Positions 1-9,511 of a stretch of DNA of 64,000 nt are shown piece after piece. Made by a program: the position numbers and the translations under genes. The DNA comes from Dehalococcoidia bacterium. Lineage in GTDB: Bacteria > Chloroflexota > Dehalococcoidia > Lucifugimonadales > UBA6952. How positions within the stretch are numbered: the first letter of the stretch is position 1; the number at the start of each line of letters is the position of its first letter. Under the pieces are notes generated by a model. The model ran no database searches. It saw only the letters and a list, made by a program, of their open reading frames with translations, and was not told where the DNA came from. Location of the stretch: positions 1,361 through 65,360 of the forward strand of contig JAKUQA010000007.1 of NCBI GenBank assembly GCA_022450525.1. Reading direction: 5' to 3'.

Positions 1-241
1 TTCCCGTTTCCCCAATCCAATCAGTCATTAATTGCCCTAACCAAGCATTTTTTAATGCTCCGTGTATAATTATTCCGGGGAGGTTATTATTTTTTGCAAA
101 TTCTACATCATAATGAATTTGATAGAAATCTCCAGATGCTCCGGCATATTTAACTAAAAGTTGGCTACTAGCATTTTTAGGGAGTGGTGTAACTTCAGAA
201 GCTTCTTCAATATCATCCCAGTATAAAGTTTCTTTTGACAT
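1..241 (-). CDS. MaoC-like (R)-hydratase/dehydratase hotdog subunit, partial (C-terminus lies beyond window start)
   Basis: Not in the ORF track because it runs off the edge. The reverse complement from the ATG at 241..239 reads MSKETLYWDDIEEASEVTPLPKNASSQLLVKYAGASGDFYQIHYDVEFAKNNNLPGIIIHGALKNAWLGQLMTDWIGETG. YAGASGDxxxIHxDxxFA resembles the hydratase-2 motif. An AAGGAG RBS lies at 254..249. The start is 19 nt after the stop of 261..716. Confidence 0.7.
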   Translation of the reverse strand, partial: MSKETLYWDDIEEASEVTPLPKNASSQLLVKYAGASGDFYQIHYDVEFAKNNNLPGIIIHGALKNAWLGQLMTDWIGETG

Positions 242-260
242 AATTAATCTCCTTATTGGT

Positions 261-716
261 TTAGTAACTAATACCGTTTGTTTTTTGTGTGGCTACAATT
301 TGACCTAATTGATTTTCATATCTTGTCTCTCTTGTAATGATGATCATCTTCCCTAATCGACCTTCGCGCTCGACGACATCTGCTAATTTTATCGTGACAG
401 TTATTCTGTCACCAGGTCGTATAGGTTCAAAATATTCCCAGTCGCTTCCAGCATCTAAATTTCGTGTAAATGGACTTTCTGCAGTTTCTGGCAATGACCC
501 TGGGCGAAGAGCACGATAAAAAGTTGGAGGTGCAATAATACCACCATATTTGGAATTCCGTGCTTTTATTTCATCACTGTATAGTGGGTTTTCATCACCT
601 ATTGCTTCTGCAAATCTTGCTATGTGACCTTTTTCAATTTCATAAGTTATTGGATCAGATTCTACACCAATAGCGTTACGTAATGATTCGGGGATTATAG
701 TATTTTCTTCTGGCAT
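261..716 (-). CDS. MaoC N-terminal-like hotdog protein (HadA-like partner subunit)
   Basis: 151 aa. ARFAEAIGDENPLY...IAPPTFY is typical of the non-catalytic N-terminal hotdog half of MaoC/FAS1-type dehydratases. It is paired with the catalytic-type hotdog gene at 1..241. Confidence 0.7.
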   Translation of the reverse strand: MPEENTIIPESLRNAIGVESDPITYEIEKGHIARFAEAIGDENPLYSDEIKARNSKYGGIIAPPTFYRALRPGSLPETAESPFTRNLDAGSDWEYFEPIRPGDRITVTIKLADVVEREGRLGKMIIITRETRYENQLGQIVATQKTNGISY

Positions 717-761
717 AATTCTTTCCTTAATTCTTTATGTAAAAGTAGTATCAGTCTATAC

Positions 762-1352
762 CTACTCTTGGTCGAAATCAACGATTTCATTACCATGTTT
801 TTCCACTGATTGCATTATAGCTGCTCTATTATTTGTCCAGTTATTTTTTTCTAATTCCATATACATAAAGTCATATCCATATTTGCGTACGGTTTCTATT
901 GTAGTAAATCCACACTTTTGAAAAGATTTTTGAGCTCGTGTATTCCACACAAGAGTATGGAGATATATTTTATACATGCCACGATATGTAAACATGTGAT
1001 CTAGTAACCCAACCATACTATCAAACCCATATCCATGATTCCAATAATCTCTGTCTCCAATCATTATTCCTATTTCACATTCCCCCATTAGCATATTTAT
1101 GTCGTAACACATCATATTACCAATATGCTTTCCTTCTGTGGTATCTATTGCGAATCTTATAGAATAAGGATTTGAATAATTTAATTCATATTTATAACCT
1201 CTGAGATATTCTTCAAAAGTTTGTTTTATTGGTCTGGATGCATCTAATCTTGATAATTCTTCATCACATCTCCAATTATAGTCATCTTGTGCATCTTCTA
1301 TAGATTTAGGACGCAAAAGTATTTTCCCAGAATTAATTATGCCTGATTCCAT
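762..1352 (-). CDS. GNAT family N-acetyltransferase (RimJ/RimL-like)
   Basis: 196 aa with an acetyltransferase-like core (GDRDYWNHGYGFD, QKCGF). Its start overlaps the NUDIX gene stop by 1 nt. Confidence 0.7.
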   Translation of the reverse strand: MESGIINSGKILLRPKSIEDAQDDYNWRCDEELSRLDASRPIKQTFEEYLRGYKYELNYSNPYSIRFAIDTTEGKHIGNMMCYDINMLMGECEIGIMIGDRDYWNHGYGFDSMVGLLDHMFTYRGMYKIYLHTLVWNTRAQKSFQKCGFTTIETVRKYGYDFMYMELEKNNWTNNRAAIMQSVEKHGNEIVDFDQE

Positions 1353-1780
1353 TATGTTATATTTTCGCTTTCTATAATTCTGGTAACTATATCTGATTCA
1401 CTTTGAAAGGTTAAAATTGATTTTGCATTATTTATTTCAATCCACTGTACTGTATCAAATTCATGGTCGTGATTTTCCAAATTACCTCCAATGATTTCCA
1501 TGAGAAAAAATGTGACTTCTTTAGGGTAGTATTTTTCTCCTTGTGGTACCAAGTATTCAATTGTTCCAATAGATTTTATTATTTTGCACTCTAATCCAGT
1601 TTCTTCTAAAACTTCTCGTAATGCAGTGTTCTCTATATTTTCACCATATTCACTTTTCCCTTTGGGTAGTGCGTAGAGATTTGTCTTAGCCCTATGACAT
1701 ATAATAATTTCTCCACCATTAGTTTTTCGATATATAACACCACCTGAAGCTATAATCTTTTTATTTTGTTTGATTTCCAT
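1352..1780 (-). CDS. NUDIX hydrolase
   Basis: 142 aa. A Nudix box is visible: GKSEYGENIENTALREVLEETGLE (GX5EX7REUXEEXGU). Confidence 0.85.
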   Translation of the reverse strand: MEIKQNKKIIASGGVIYRKTNGGEIIICHRAKTNLYALPKGKSEYGENIENTALREVLEETGLECKIIKSIGTIEYLVPQGEKYYPKEVTFFLMEIIGGNLENHDHEFDTVQWIEINNAKSILTFQSESDIVTRIIESENIT

Positions 1781-1804
1781 AATAATATATTAAAAATAAT
1801 GCTT

Positions 1805-2701
1805 TTATGATTCAAGGTTTTCTAATGCTAATTCCAAAGACTCCTTAATTTCTGGCAGGTCACTTGGTAAGCTTAAAAGCATTTTTTTGGCGATAGGTCC
1901 CCCGATAATACCTAATGATTCGATAGCACAGTTTTGCACTTCAATATCCTCATCATTCAATAATTCTTTTATATTTGGTAAAACAGATTCGTTCCCTAAT
2001 TTACCTAATGCTATTGCTGATTCATAACGTATTTCAGGTAAATCGTTATAAGTCTCTGTAATTACAGTGTTTAACCAGTTAATATTATCAGTTTCACCCA
2101 TAGCATATATTGCGCTTGATGTTAGCATTATGTCCTGAGAGTTATAAGCATCATTTATATGATGATTTATTGATTCAGTGTTAAAGCAAGCAGTAGATTC
2201 CAGAGTTCTTCTCCATAATTCTGAATCCATACTGGTATTAGTTAGAACAAAATTTGTAGAATTAACAATTTTTTCAGAAATCCGACCTAATATTTTCCCA
2301 TTTTTTATTAGATAGCAAAAGTTTCGCAGTAATTTAGATGCTTCGATTCTTACAGACTCTTCTTTGTCTTCTAGTAAGATTTCTGAGGCAGCATCGCCAA
2401 TACGATAGTCTTCACATTCCCACAAACCGTTAAGAGATTCTTTTCTAATATCAGGGCTTACATCTCTTAAAGTAAAATACAATATTTCATAAAATTCCAA
2501 CTCAAAGTTTTCTTCAGCGATTCGATTAATCTTTTGAATTAAGTTTAATTTTTGCAATTCAGATAAAGATACCCACCACTCCTGAAATTTATACATTTCT
2601 ATCGGGTTAATTCCCGAAAGTTCAGATAAATCATTTTCATCAAATTCTTGTAAAGAATCTTTGAGAGTATTTAATTTTAATAGTGTTTCATCGAGTGACA
2701 T
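1805..2701 (-). CDS. HEAT-repeat protein
   Basis: 298 aa. The C-terminal half shows PBS-lyase/HEAT-like repeats (IRYESAIALGKLGNESVLPNIKELLNDEDIEVQNCAIESLGIIGGP). Function unknown. Confidence 0.5.
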   Translation of the reverse strand: MSLDETLLKLNTLKDSLQEFDENDLSELSGINPIEMYKFQEWWVSLSELQKLNLIQKINRIAEENFELEFYEILYFTLRDVSPDIRKESLNGLWECEDYRIGDAASEILLEDKEESVRIEASKLLRNFCYLIKNGKILGRISEKIVNSTNFVLTNTSMDSELWRRTLESTACFNTESINHHINDAYNSQDIMLTSSAIYAMGETDNINWLNTVITETYNDLPEIRYESAIALGKLGNESVLPNIKELLNDEDIEVQNCAIESLGIIGGPIAKKMLLSLPSDLPEIKESLELALENLES

Positions 2702-2830
2702 TGTTTTATATATACAATTTCTAGGTAATCCTACACATTTTTGTAGCTAATATATATAGTAAACAGTACAAAACCATTGTTGCAATATGATATTCGTCAA
2801 TTGCATTAACTCAATATGTAATTATTTATA

Positions 2831-3478
2831 TTATTTTGAGTTTACAAATGATTTTCTATTTGGATAACATGTTTTACAAATTATGCAAGTATTACCTTTG
2901 CAACCACGAGCTGTACAATATTCCCTCCCAAAATAAATAATTTGTAAATGTAATTTATTCCAAGATTCTTTTGGGAATAGTTTCTTTAGATCTTTTTCAG
3001 TTTGTACCACATTTTTTCCATTTGTTAGTCCCCATCTTTGGGCTAATCTGTGGATATGGGTGTCAACAGGGAAAGCTGGGTGACCAAAACCCTGAGACAT
3101 AACAACACTTGCTGTTTTATGTCCAACCCCAGGTAATGATTCTAACTTTTCAAAATTTTCTGGAACTTTACTGTTATATTTTTCAACTAATATAAGAGAA
3201 AGGTCCCATATAGCTTTGGATTTTTTAGGAGCTAATCCGCACGGTCGTATAATATCGTAAATTTCCTCGACATTTAAAGTTATCATTGCATCGGGTTTAT
3301 TTGCTTTAGAAAAAAGTATAGGAGTTACTTGATTTACCCTTTCATCAGTACATTGGGCACTTAATAACACTGCAATAAGTAGTTCATAATTATTTGAGTG
3401 GGATAGTGGTATAGGTGTATTTGGATATAATTTTTCGAGGTAATTAGAAATGAAAACTACTCTGTCTTTTTTATTCAT
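2831..3478 (-). CDS. nth: Endonuclease III (DNA glycosylase/AP lyase)
   Basis: 215 aa. HhH-GPD signature LPGVGHKTASVVM, plus a C-terminal 4-Cys cluster region (CTARGCKGNTCIICKTC). Confidence 0.9.
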   Translation of the reverse strand: MNKKDRVVFISNYLEKLYPNTPIPLSHSNNYELLIAVLLSAQCTDERVNQVTPILFSKANKPDAMITLNVEEIYDIIRPCGLAPKKSKAIWDLSLILVEKYNSKVPENFEKLESLPGVGHKTASVVMSQGFGHPAFPVDTHIHRLAQRWGLTNGKNVVQTEKDLKKLFPKESWNKLHLQIIYFGREYCTARGCKGNTCIICKTCYPNRKSFVNSK

Positions 3479-3496
3479 AATATATTTTTACTTAAA

Positions 3497-3955
3497 TTAA
3501 GACTTAAAACTAATAATAATATCCCATTCGTCTTTTGTTACAGGTTGTACAGATAATCTTTGATTTTTAAAAAGTACCATATTTTCTAATTCAGGAATTT
3601 GTTTTAGTTCATCAACATGAATAGGAATATCGAATTTTTCTTTAACTTTAATATCAACCATGAACCAACGGGGATTATCTGGAGTACTTTTTTCATCAAA
3701 ATGGATATCATTTTGATCCCAAGATGTATGGTCTGGGTATGCTTCTTTTACAACCGTCACTGTGCCTACTATTATTCTTGGTTTTGAGTTTGAATAATAG
3801 AACAAAAGTTCGTCACCTAATCGCATCTTTTGCATATTATTTCGTGCTTGATAATTTCTCACCCCATCCCATTCGGCAGTTTGATCAGGTTCATTTTCTA
3901 AATCTTCAAATGAGTATGTATTGGGCTCTGATTTTATTAACCAGTAATTTTTCAC
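3497..3955 (-). CDS. EVE (PUA-like) domain protein
   Basis: 152 aa. The N-terminus MKNYWLIKSEPNTYSFEDL and WDGVRNYQARNNM are characteristic of EVE/DUF55 proteins. Confidence 0.65.
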   Translation of the reverse strand: MKNYWLIKSEPNTYSFEDLENEPDQTAEWDGVRNYQARNNMQKMRLGDELLFYYSNSKPRIIVGTVTVVKEAYPDHTSWDQNDIHFDEKSTPDNPRWFMVDIKVKEKFDIPIHVDELKQIPELENMVLFKNQRLSVQPVTKDEWDIIISFKS

Positions 3956-4064
3956 AACTTACTCCCTTATTCATTGTCCTATGTGTTAAACTGCCTATAT
4001 TATAACACTTCATTGTGTTTAATTATCTGCTAAGGTATAATCTTTTTTTATTTTAACTTGAGTT

Positions 4065-5117
4065 ATGTCAATGAAAATAGGAATATTAAATATCACAGGA
4101 TATGGTGGGGTTGAATTAGCAAGATTACTTGCTAATCATCCTGAAGCTGAAATAGTATCTGTAACTGGAAGATCTCTTGCTGGTGAACATATTTCAGATG
4201 TTTTTCCACAATTAGATTATATGGATATTACACTTGAAGATGAATTATCAGGTACAGTAGATGTTGTTTTTTCTGCATTGCCACAAGTTGCAAGTGCAGA
4301 AGCGTGTATGCCATTAATTAATCAAGGCGTTAAAGTGATAGATTTTAGTGCAGATTTTAGATTAAAGGATTCACAAGTTTACAAACAATGGTATGGTGAA
4401 AACCATCCTTCCCCTGAATCATTAAATAATTCAGTTTATGGTTTATCTGAAATAAATAATATTGAGATAAAAAATGCAAACCTAATAGCCAATCCAGGTT
4501 GTTATCCTACAAGTGCATTATTAGGACTTGCACCTTTAGTTTTTGGAGATTTGGTAGACACTGATATAATTATTGATAGCAAATCCGGAGTTTCGGGTGC
4601 GGGTAGAACCCTAAGTTTAGGGACTCACTTTTCAGAAGTTAATGAAAGTGTAAATGCTTATGGTTTAGATGGGCACCGTCATTTGCCCGAAATAGTTCAA
4701 GAAGTAAATGGATTTTATCAAAAAAATAATCTCAACCAATCTTCTAGAATAACTTTTGTACCTCATTTAATTCCTATGACAAGAGGTATTCTGAGTACTG
4801 CTTATCTGAATCCAAAATCAGGTCTCTTAAACTCCCTCGAAAAGGACCCAGATTTGATTTCTGAAATTTATAAAGAATTCTATACAAATTCTAAATTTGT
4901 TAAAGTTGCAAAAAGATCTCCTCAAACGAAGCAAACACTTGGAAATAATGATTGTATAATTTATCCTACTTTTGATAAATATACTGGCAGAGTAGTTGTA
5001 GTTAGTGTTATAGATAATCTAGTTAAAGGTGCTGCTGGTCAAGCCATACAAAATATGAATATTATGTTTGATTTACCTGAAGATACAGGCCTTCAGAATA
5101 TAGCAATGTTCCCTTAA
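4065..5117 (+). CDS. argC: N-acetyl-gamma-glutamyl-phosphate reductase
   Basis: 350 aa. N-terminal Rossmann motif (GILNITGYGGVELARLL) and the catalytic-Cys context NPGCYPTSA. Confidence 0.9.
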   Translation: MSMKIGILNITGYGGVELARLLANHPEAEIVSVTGRSLAGEHISDVFPQLDYMDITLEDELSGTVDVVFSALPQVASAEACMPLINQGVKVIDFSADFRLKDSQVYKQWYGENHPSPESLNNSVYGLSEINNIEIKNANLIANPGCYPTSALLGLAPLVFGDLVDTDIIIDSKSGVSGAGRTLSLGTHFSEVNESVNAYGLDGHRHLPEIVQEVNGFYQKNNLNQSSRITFVPHLIPMTRGILSTAYLNPKSGLLNSLEKDPDLISEIYKEFYTNSKFVKVAKRSPQTKQTLGNNDCIIYPTFDKYTGRVVVVSVIDNLVKGAAGQAIQNMNIMFDLPEDTGLQNIAMFP

Positions 5118-5158
5118 TATTTGCACAGCTTTTTTTAAGGCTGTAAGATATATGCCAT

Positions 5159-5232
5159 GCCCCTATCGTCTAGAGGCCCAGGACACAGCCCTTTCAAGGC
5201 TGAGATCGCGGGTTCGAATCCCGCTGGGGGCA
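5159..5232 (+). tRNA. tRNA-Glu (anticodon TTC)
   Basis: GCCCCTATCGTCTAGAGGCCCAGGACAC...CTTTCAA...GGTTCGAATCCCGCTGGGGGCA. The 7-bp acceptor stem has one G-U pair, the T-loop is GGTTCGAATCC, and the sequence is close to classical bacterial tRNA-Glu. No encoded CCA. Confidence 0.9.
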
Positions 5233-5233
5233 T

Positions 5234-5806
5234 TTACACCTTTTTATATTGATTTATATATTTGAGATAAACTATTTCTGCAGATACTACATTGTTTTTT
5301 ATATCTAAAATCGCCAAAGTCCCTAGATCATTTTTTTTATGTCGAATACCAGGATGTGCTGTACTGCCAGGATTTACAAATAATTTACCTTTATACCAGC
5401 CAATATATTCTTCATGAGTGTCACTAAAACAAATAACATCCACTGTTTCGCCAAATTTTTGTTCGAGTAAAGAATCTATTGAAGTAAGGTTTTTGAATTC
5501 AAGAGTATCGGAAAAAACTACAGAGGGACCCGGCCAGTTTATATCATGTATCATCCCTATACGTATATCGTCTATTTTTATAACTCTTGTTTGTTCTGCT
5601 AATCTATCCCCAGTTTCGTGAGGATCTCCATATCCTCTAACAGCTTTTACAGGGGCAATAGTTTCCAAATGGTCTAAAATTCCTAGTGTTTCTAAATCTC
5701 CACAATGGAGAATCAAATCAACAGTTGATAATATTTCCAGTACCTCAGTCGGCTGTCCTTTACCATCTCCTAATTCATGTGTGCATCCCACTACACCAAT
5801 ACGCAT
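5234..5806 (-). CDS. Metallophosphoesterase (YfcE/MJ0936-like)
   Basis: 190 aa. Calcineurin-like phosphoesterase motifs: GVVGCTHE, HCGD, SDTHE, NPGS. Confidence 0.75.
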   Translation of the reverse strand: MRIGVVGCTHELGDGKGQPTEVLEILSTVDLILHCGDLETLGILDHLETIAPVKAVRGYGDPHETGDRLAEQTRVIKIDDIRIGMIHDINWPGPSVVFSDTLEFKNLTSIDSLLEQKFGETVDVICFSDTHEEYIGWYKGKLFVNPGSTAHPGIRHKKNDLGTLAILDIKNNVVSAEIVYLKYINQYKKV

Positions 5807-5895
5807 AATTCACATCCAAAACTAATAGTATAATGCCCAACTATAACAAATATAAACTTCTGCTACAATTACTCTAGATAACAAACCTGCCTAAC

Positions 5896-5924
5896 TTGAC
5901 AGTGAACCTAGACAGTGATATGAT
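5896..5924 (+). promoter_or_regulatory. Sigma-70-type promoter of the ilv-leu leader
   Basis: TTGACA (5896..5901), an exact 17-nt spacer, then TATGAT (5919..5924). It sits just upstream of the T-box leader. Confidence 0.55.
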
Positions 5925-5929
5925 TTCTC

Positions 5930-6178
5930 TTCACTGCTATGATTGGAAGTAGTAGGGGGAATTAAGGCTAAATAGAGAGCTGACGTTAGCTGAAAGTCAG
6001 TAGCAATAGACCCCGAACTCGTCCATGAGCGGCCAACTTGAAAAATTAATTGATTAGAGTTGGGGGTGAGCTCCTGAACATAGCTCACAAAGAGTCTATT
6101 TCATAGGAATAGGAATTAGGGTGGTAACGCGGGAAAATTTGTCTCGTCCCTTATAGGGGGCGGGATTTTTTATTTTTA
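5930..6178 (+). promoter_or_regulatory. T-box leader (tRNA-sensing riboswitch), probable Leu specifier CUC
   Basis: The conserved T-box sequence AATTAGGGTGGTAACGCGGG lies at 6114..6133. Stem I elements are AGAGAG (5974..5979) and distal-loop-like GCTGAAAG (5989..5996). The specifier-loop geometry is AGUAGUA + GGGGG (5955..5959) pairing with CCCC (6011..6014), followed by GAA-CUC-G, with CUC at 6018..6020. An intrinsic terminator lies directly before ilvB. Confidence 0.8.
6142..6176 (+). terminator. T-box attenuator (intrinsic terminator)
   Basis: A stem of about 9 bp, TCTCGTCCC / GGGGCGGGA (includes G-U pairs), with loop TTATAG, followed by TTTTTTATTTTT. It lies 25 nt upstream of the ilvB ATG. 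Confidence 0.65.
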
Positions 6179-6200
6179 AAGATATTTTTTTGGAGGCATT

Positions 6201-7895
6201 ATGAAGCTTACGGGCGCTCAGATGGTATGTGAGAGTCTAATTCGCGAGGGTGTTGATACAATGTTTGGCATACCTGGAGGTGCAATTTTACCTTTGTACC
6301 AAACTTTTCATCAGTATCCTCAATTAAAACATATACTTGTTCGTCATGAGCAAGGAGCTGCAATGGCTGCAGATGGATATTATCGAGTAACCGGCAAGGT
6401 TGGAGTTGCAATGGCAACTTCTGGTCCTGGAGCAACCAATTTGGTGACTGGTTTAGCAACTGCTCAAATGGACTCGACTGCTATAGTTGCAATTACTGGG
6501 CAAGTATCCAGAGGTGCTATTGGTAAAGATGCTTTTCAAGAATGTGATATTACAGGTGTAACATTACCTGTAACTAAACACAATTATTTAGTTATGGATA
6601 TACACGATATACCTCGTGTAATAAAAGAAGCTTTCTACCTAGCTAAATCTGGCCGTCCTGGGCCAGTATTAGTTGATATTCCTAAAGATTTATTTACTGA
6701 AGAAGCTGAATTTATATATCCTGAAACAGTAGAAATTCCTGGATATAACCCTACTCTAGAAGGAAATATGTCTCAAATCAAAAAGGCAGCTTCCTTGATT
6801 AATTCAGCAAAAAAACCTGTTATTTTATCAGGGCATGGTGCTGTTTTATCACGTGCATTTGATGAAGTTAAAGACTTGGCAGAAAGAGCTCAAATACCTG
6901 TTATCACAACTTTGCTTGGTATAAGTTCATTTCCAGAAACCCACGTACTTAGTTTAGGCATGCCTGGAATGCATGGTGTTGCTTATGCCAGTATGGCCTT
7001 AGATCAAGCCGATCTAATTGTTAGTTTAGGTGCTAGATTTGATGATCGTGTAACTGGTAAACTCAGTTCTTTTGCCCCAAACGCTAAGATCATTCACATT
7101 GATATAGACCCTTCAGTTATAGGGCAAAATGTTAGAACACAAGTTCCATTAGTGGGTGATGTCAAAAGCGTTTTACAGACTCTTATTCCGCAAGTTAAGC
7201 AAAATAATCATGAAGACTGGGTACAGCATATTGAGGAAATGAGAATCAATCATCCTTCTCTTCGATTAAAAGAAAAAGATAATTTAACACAACAATATAT
7301 AATCAAGAAGATTTCAGATATAACACAGGGTGGTGCAGTTGTTGTAACAGGGGTTGGTCAACATCAAATGTGGACTGCTCAATATTATACTTTCTCACAA
7401 CCAAATTCATGGGTAACCTCAGGCGGACTGGGTACTATGGGGTTTGAAGTTCCTGCAGCGATGGGTGCTCAGGTTGGTAAACCCGATTCAGTAGTATGGT
7501 CTATTTGTGGTGATGGCGGTTTCCAAATGACTTTAAGTGATCTTGCAACTATTGTTGAAAATAAATTACCAATTAAATTTGCGATTATGAATAATCATTT
7601 CCTAGGAATGGTTAGACAATGGCAACATTTATTCTACGAAGATACATTTACAGCAACTCAATATTCAGGTAATCCTGATTTTGTTAAATTAGCAGAAGCA
7701 TATGGAATACATTCTTTTAGAGTGACTGAAAAATCCGAAGTTGATAACGCAATAACTGATGCTATGGAACACGATGGACCAGTATTAATAGATTTTATGG
7801 TGGATCCTGAAGAAAATGTATATCCTATGATTCCACCTGGAGAAAGTGTTCTAGAGATTGTAGAAGAACCTACGGAGGAACCAACGTGGCGATAG
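6201..7895 (+). CDS. ilvB: Acetolactate synthase large subunit
   Basis: 564 aa. ThDP-enzyme motifs (GIPGGAILPLY, GDGGFQM, MNNHFLGMVRQWQ). GGAGG RBS upstream. Confidence 0.93.
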   Translation: MKLTGAQMVCESLIREGVDTMFGIPGGAILPLYQTFHQYPQLKHILVRHEQGAAMAADGYYRVTGKVGVAMATSGPGATNLVTGLATAQMDSTAIVAITGQVSRGAIGKDAFQECDITGVTLPVTKHNYLVMDIHDIPRVIKEAFYLAKSGRPGPVLVDIPKDLFTEEAEFIYPETVEIPGYNPTLEGNMSQIKKAASLINSAKKPVILSGHGAVLSRAFDEVKDLAERAQIPVITTLLGISSFPETHVLSLGMPGMHGVAYASMALDQADLIVSLGARFDDRVTGKLSSFAPNAKIIHIDIDPSVIGQNVRTQVPLVGDVKSVLQTLIPQVKQNNHEDWVQHIEEMRINHPSLRLKEKDNLTQQYIIKKISDITQGGAVVVTGVGQHQMWTAQYYTFSQPNSWVTSGGLGTMGFEVPAAMGAQVGKPDSVVWSICGDGGFQMTLSDLATIVENKLPIKFAIMNNHFLGMVRQWQHLFYEDTFTATQYSGNPDFVKLAEAYGIHSFRVTEKSEVDNAITDAMEHDGPVLIDFMVDPEENVYPMIPPGESVLEIVEEPTEEPTWR

Positions 7896-8452
7896 GTGAG
7901 CATACTTTAGTTGCATTAGTATTACATCAACCAGGTGTTCTTAACCGAATATCAGGGATGTTTAGACGAAGAGGGTTTAATATTTCTAGCCTAACTGTAG
8001 GACAAAGTGAGTCAGAGGATTTAGCTCGTATGACTTTTGTTGTTCAAGGAGATGATGCAACTGTTGAACAAGTTACAAAGCAATTATATAAACTTGTTGA
8101 TGTCGTTCGTGTTACAGATTTAGATGAAGATAACTCTATTGTTCGAGAAATGGCTCTTGTTAAGGTTTCTGCTACTAATCAGAATAGATCTGAAATTATA
8201 CAGATAAGTGAAATATTTAGATCGAAAATTGTGGATGTAGGGGCAGAAACAGTTGTAATTGAAATTACTGGAGATCAGTCAAAGATTGATAGGTTTATTA
8301 TTTTATTACAACCTTTTGGAATCAGAGAAGTTATGCGTACAGGTGCAGTTGCTATGTCAAGAGGTAATGCTGTAACTGCTCAAATTGACAATAATGTTTC
8401 TGGTGCTTCAAGAGTCAATAATCGTCCAAAAGATTATGATCAAAATTTATAA
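7886..8452 (+). CDS. ilvN: Acetolactate synthase small (regulatory) subunit
   Basis: 188 aa. ACT domain start HTLVALVLHQPGVLNRISGMFRRRGFNISSLTVG. The GTG start overlaps the ilvB stop. Confidence 0.9.
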   Translation: MAIGEHTLVALVLHQPGVLNRISGMFRRRGFNISSLTVGQSESEDLARMTFVVQGDDATVEQVTKQLYKLVDVVRVTDLDEDNSIVREMALVKVSATNQNRSEIIQISEIFRSKIVDVGAETVVIEITGDQSKIDRFIILLQPFGIREVMRTGAVAMSRGNAVTAQIDNNVSGASRVNNRPKDYDQNL

Positions 8453-8476
8453 AAAATAGAATTAGAGGTGTATTAG

Positions 8477-9478
8477 ATGGCGGCAAAGGTATATTACGAT
8501 AAAGATGCGGATAGTTCTTATATTGCAGACAAAACTGTTGCAATAATTGGGTATGGTAGCCAAGGGCATGCTCATGCTTTAAACATGAAAGATAATGGCG
8601 TAAAAGTTATTATTGGTTTGTATGAAGGAAGTTCAAGTTGGTCTAAAGCTGAATCTGACGGTTTTGAAGTAATGACGACCTCAGAAGCTACAAAAAATGC
8701 TGATATCATAATGATGCTCCTACCTGATACGAGTCAAGCAGAGGTGTTTAAAAATGAAGTAGAGCCAAATCTAACTTCAGGTAAAAGTATTGCTTTTGCC
8801 CACGGCTTTACAATTCATTATCAAACAATTGTTCCTAATTCAAACATTGATGTTTGGATGATAGCTCCGAAAGCTCCTGGACATAGAGTTAGGGCAGTTT
8901 TTCAACAAGGTAATGGTGTACCTTCTCTAATTGCTGTACATCAGGACTATACTGGTAATGCGCAAAATATAGCACTCGCTTATGCACAGGCTATTGGTTC
9001 TATGAGAGCTGGTGTTTTAGAAACTACATTTAAAGAAGAAACAGAAACTGACTTGTTTGGTGAGCAGGCTGTTTTATGCGGTGGAGTTACTTCACTAGTT
9101 CAATCTGCATATGAAACCATGGTTGAGGCAGGATATCAACCTGAGTCAGCATATTTTGAAGTTATGCACGAATTGAAATTAATAGTAGATCTTCTTTACG
9201 AAGGTGGAATGGAGTATATGTGGTATTCAGTCAGTGATACTGCTGAGTATGGTGGACTTACTAGAGGACCAAGAGTAGTTGATGAATCAGTAAAAGAGAA
9301 TATGAAAAAAGTCATGGAAGAAATACAGAATGGAACTTTTGCCAGAGAATGGATTACTGAAAATGACGAAGGTAGACCAACTTTTCATAGAACAAGAAAA
9401 GAAAATGCCAGCCATCCGATTGAGTCCATTGGTAAAGATTTAAGAGGCATGATGCCTTGGCTAAAAGATACTGTTTAA
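8477..9478 (+). CDS. ilvC: Ketol-acid reductoisomerase (class I)
   Basis: 333 aa. [21 protein letters not shown] and [11 protein letters not shown]. Confidence 0.93.
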   Translation: MAAKVYYDKDADSSYIADKTVAIIGYGSQGHAHALNMKDNGVKVIIGLYEGSSSWSKAESDGFEVMTTSEATKNADIIMMLLPDTSQAEVFKNEVEPNLTSGKSIAFAHGFTIHYQTIVPNSNIDVWMIAPKAPGHRVRAVFQQGNGVPSLIAVHQDYTGNAQNIALAYAQAIGSMRAGVLETTFKEETETDLFGEQAVLCGGVTSLVQSAYETMVEAGYQPESAYFEVMHELKLIVDLLYEGGMEYMWYSVSDTAEYGGLTRGPRVVDESVKENMKKVMEEIQNGTFAREWITENDEGRPTFHRTRKENASHPIESIGKDLRGMMPWLKDTV

Positions 9479-9511
9479 TTTAATTAAGCAAGGTAGATTA
9501 GGGGAGATATT

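Noticed and set aside
5900-5936. Inverted repeat CAGTGAA...TTCACTG, first considered as the base of T-box Stem I
   Set aside because: It overlaps the -35/-10 promoter elements (TTGACA-17-TATGAT). It would therefore lie mostly upstream of the transcription start and is probably coincidental.
5891-6088. 65-aa minus-strand ORF upstream of ilvB
   Set aside because: It is antisense to the promoter and Stem I of the T-box leader, has no RBS, and has no recognisable protein features.
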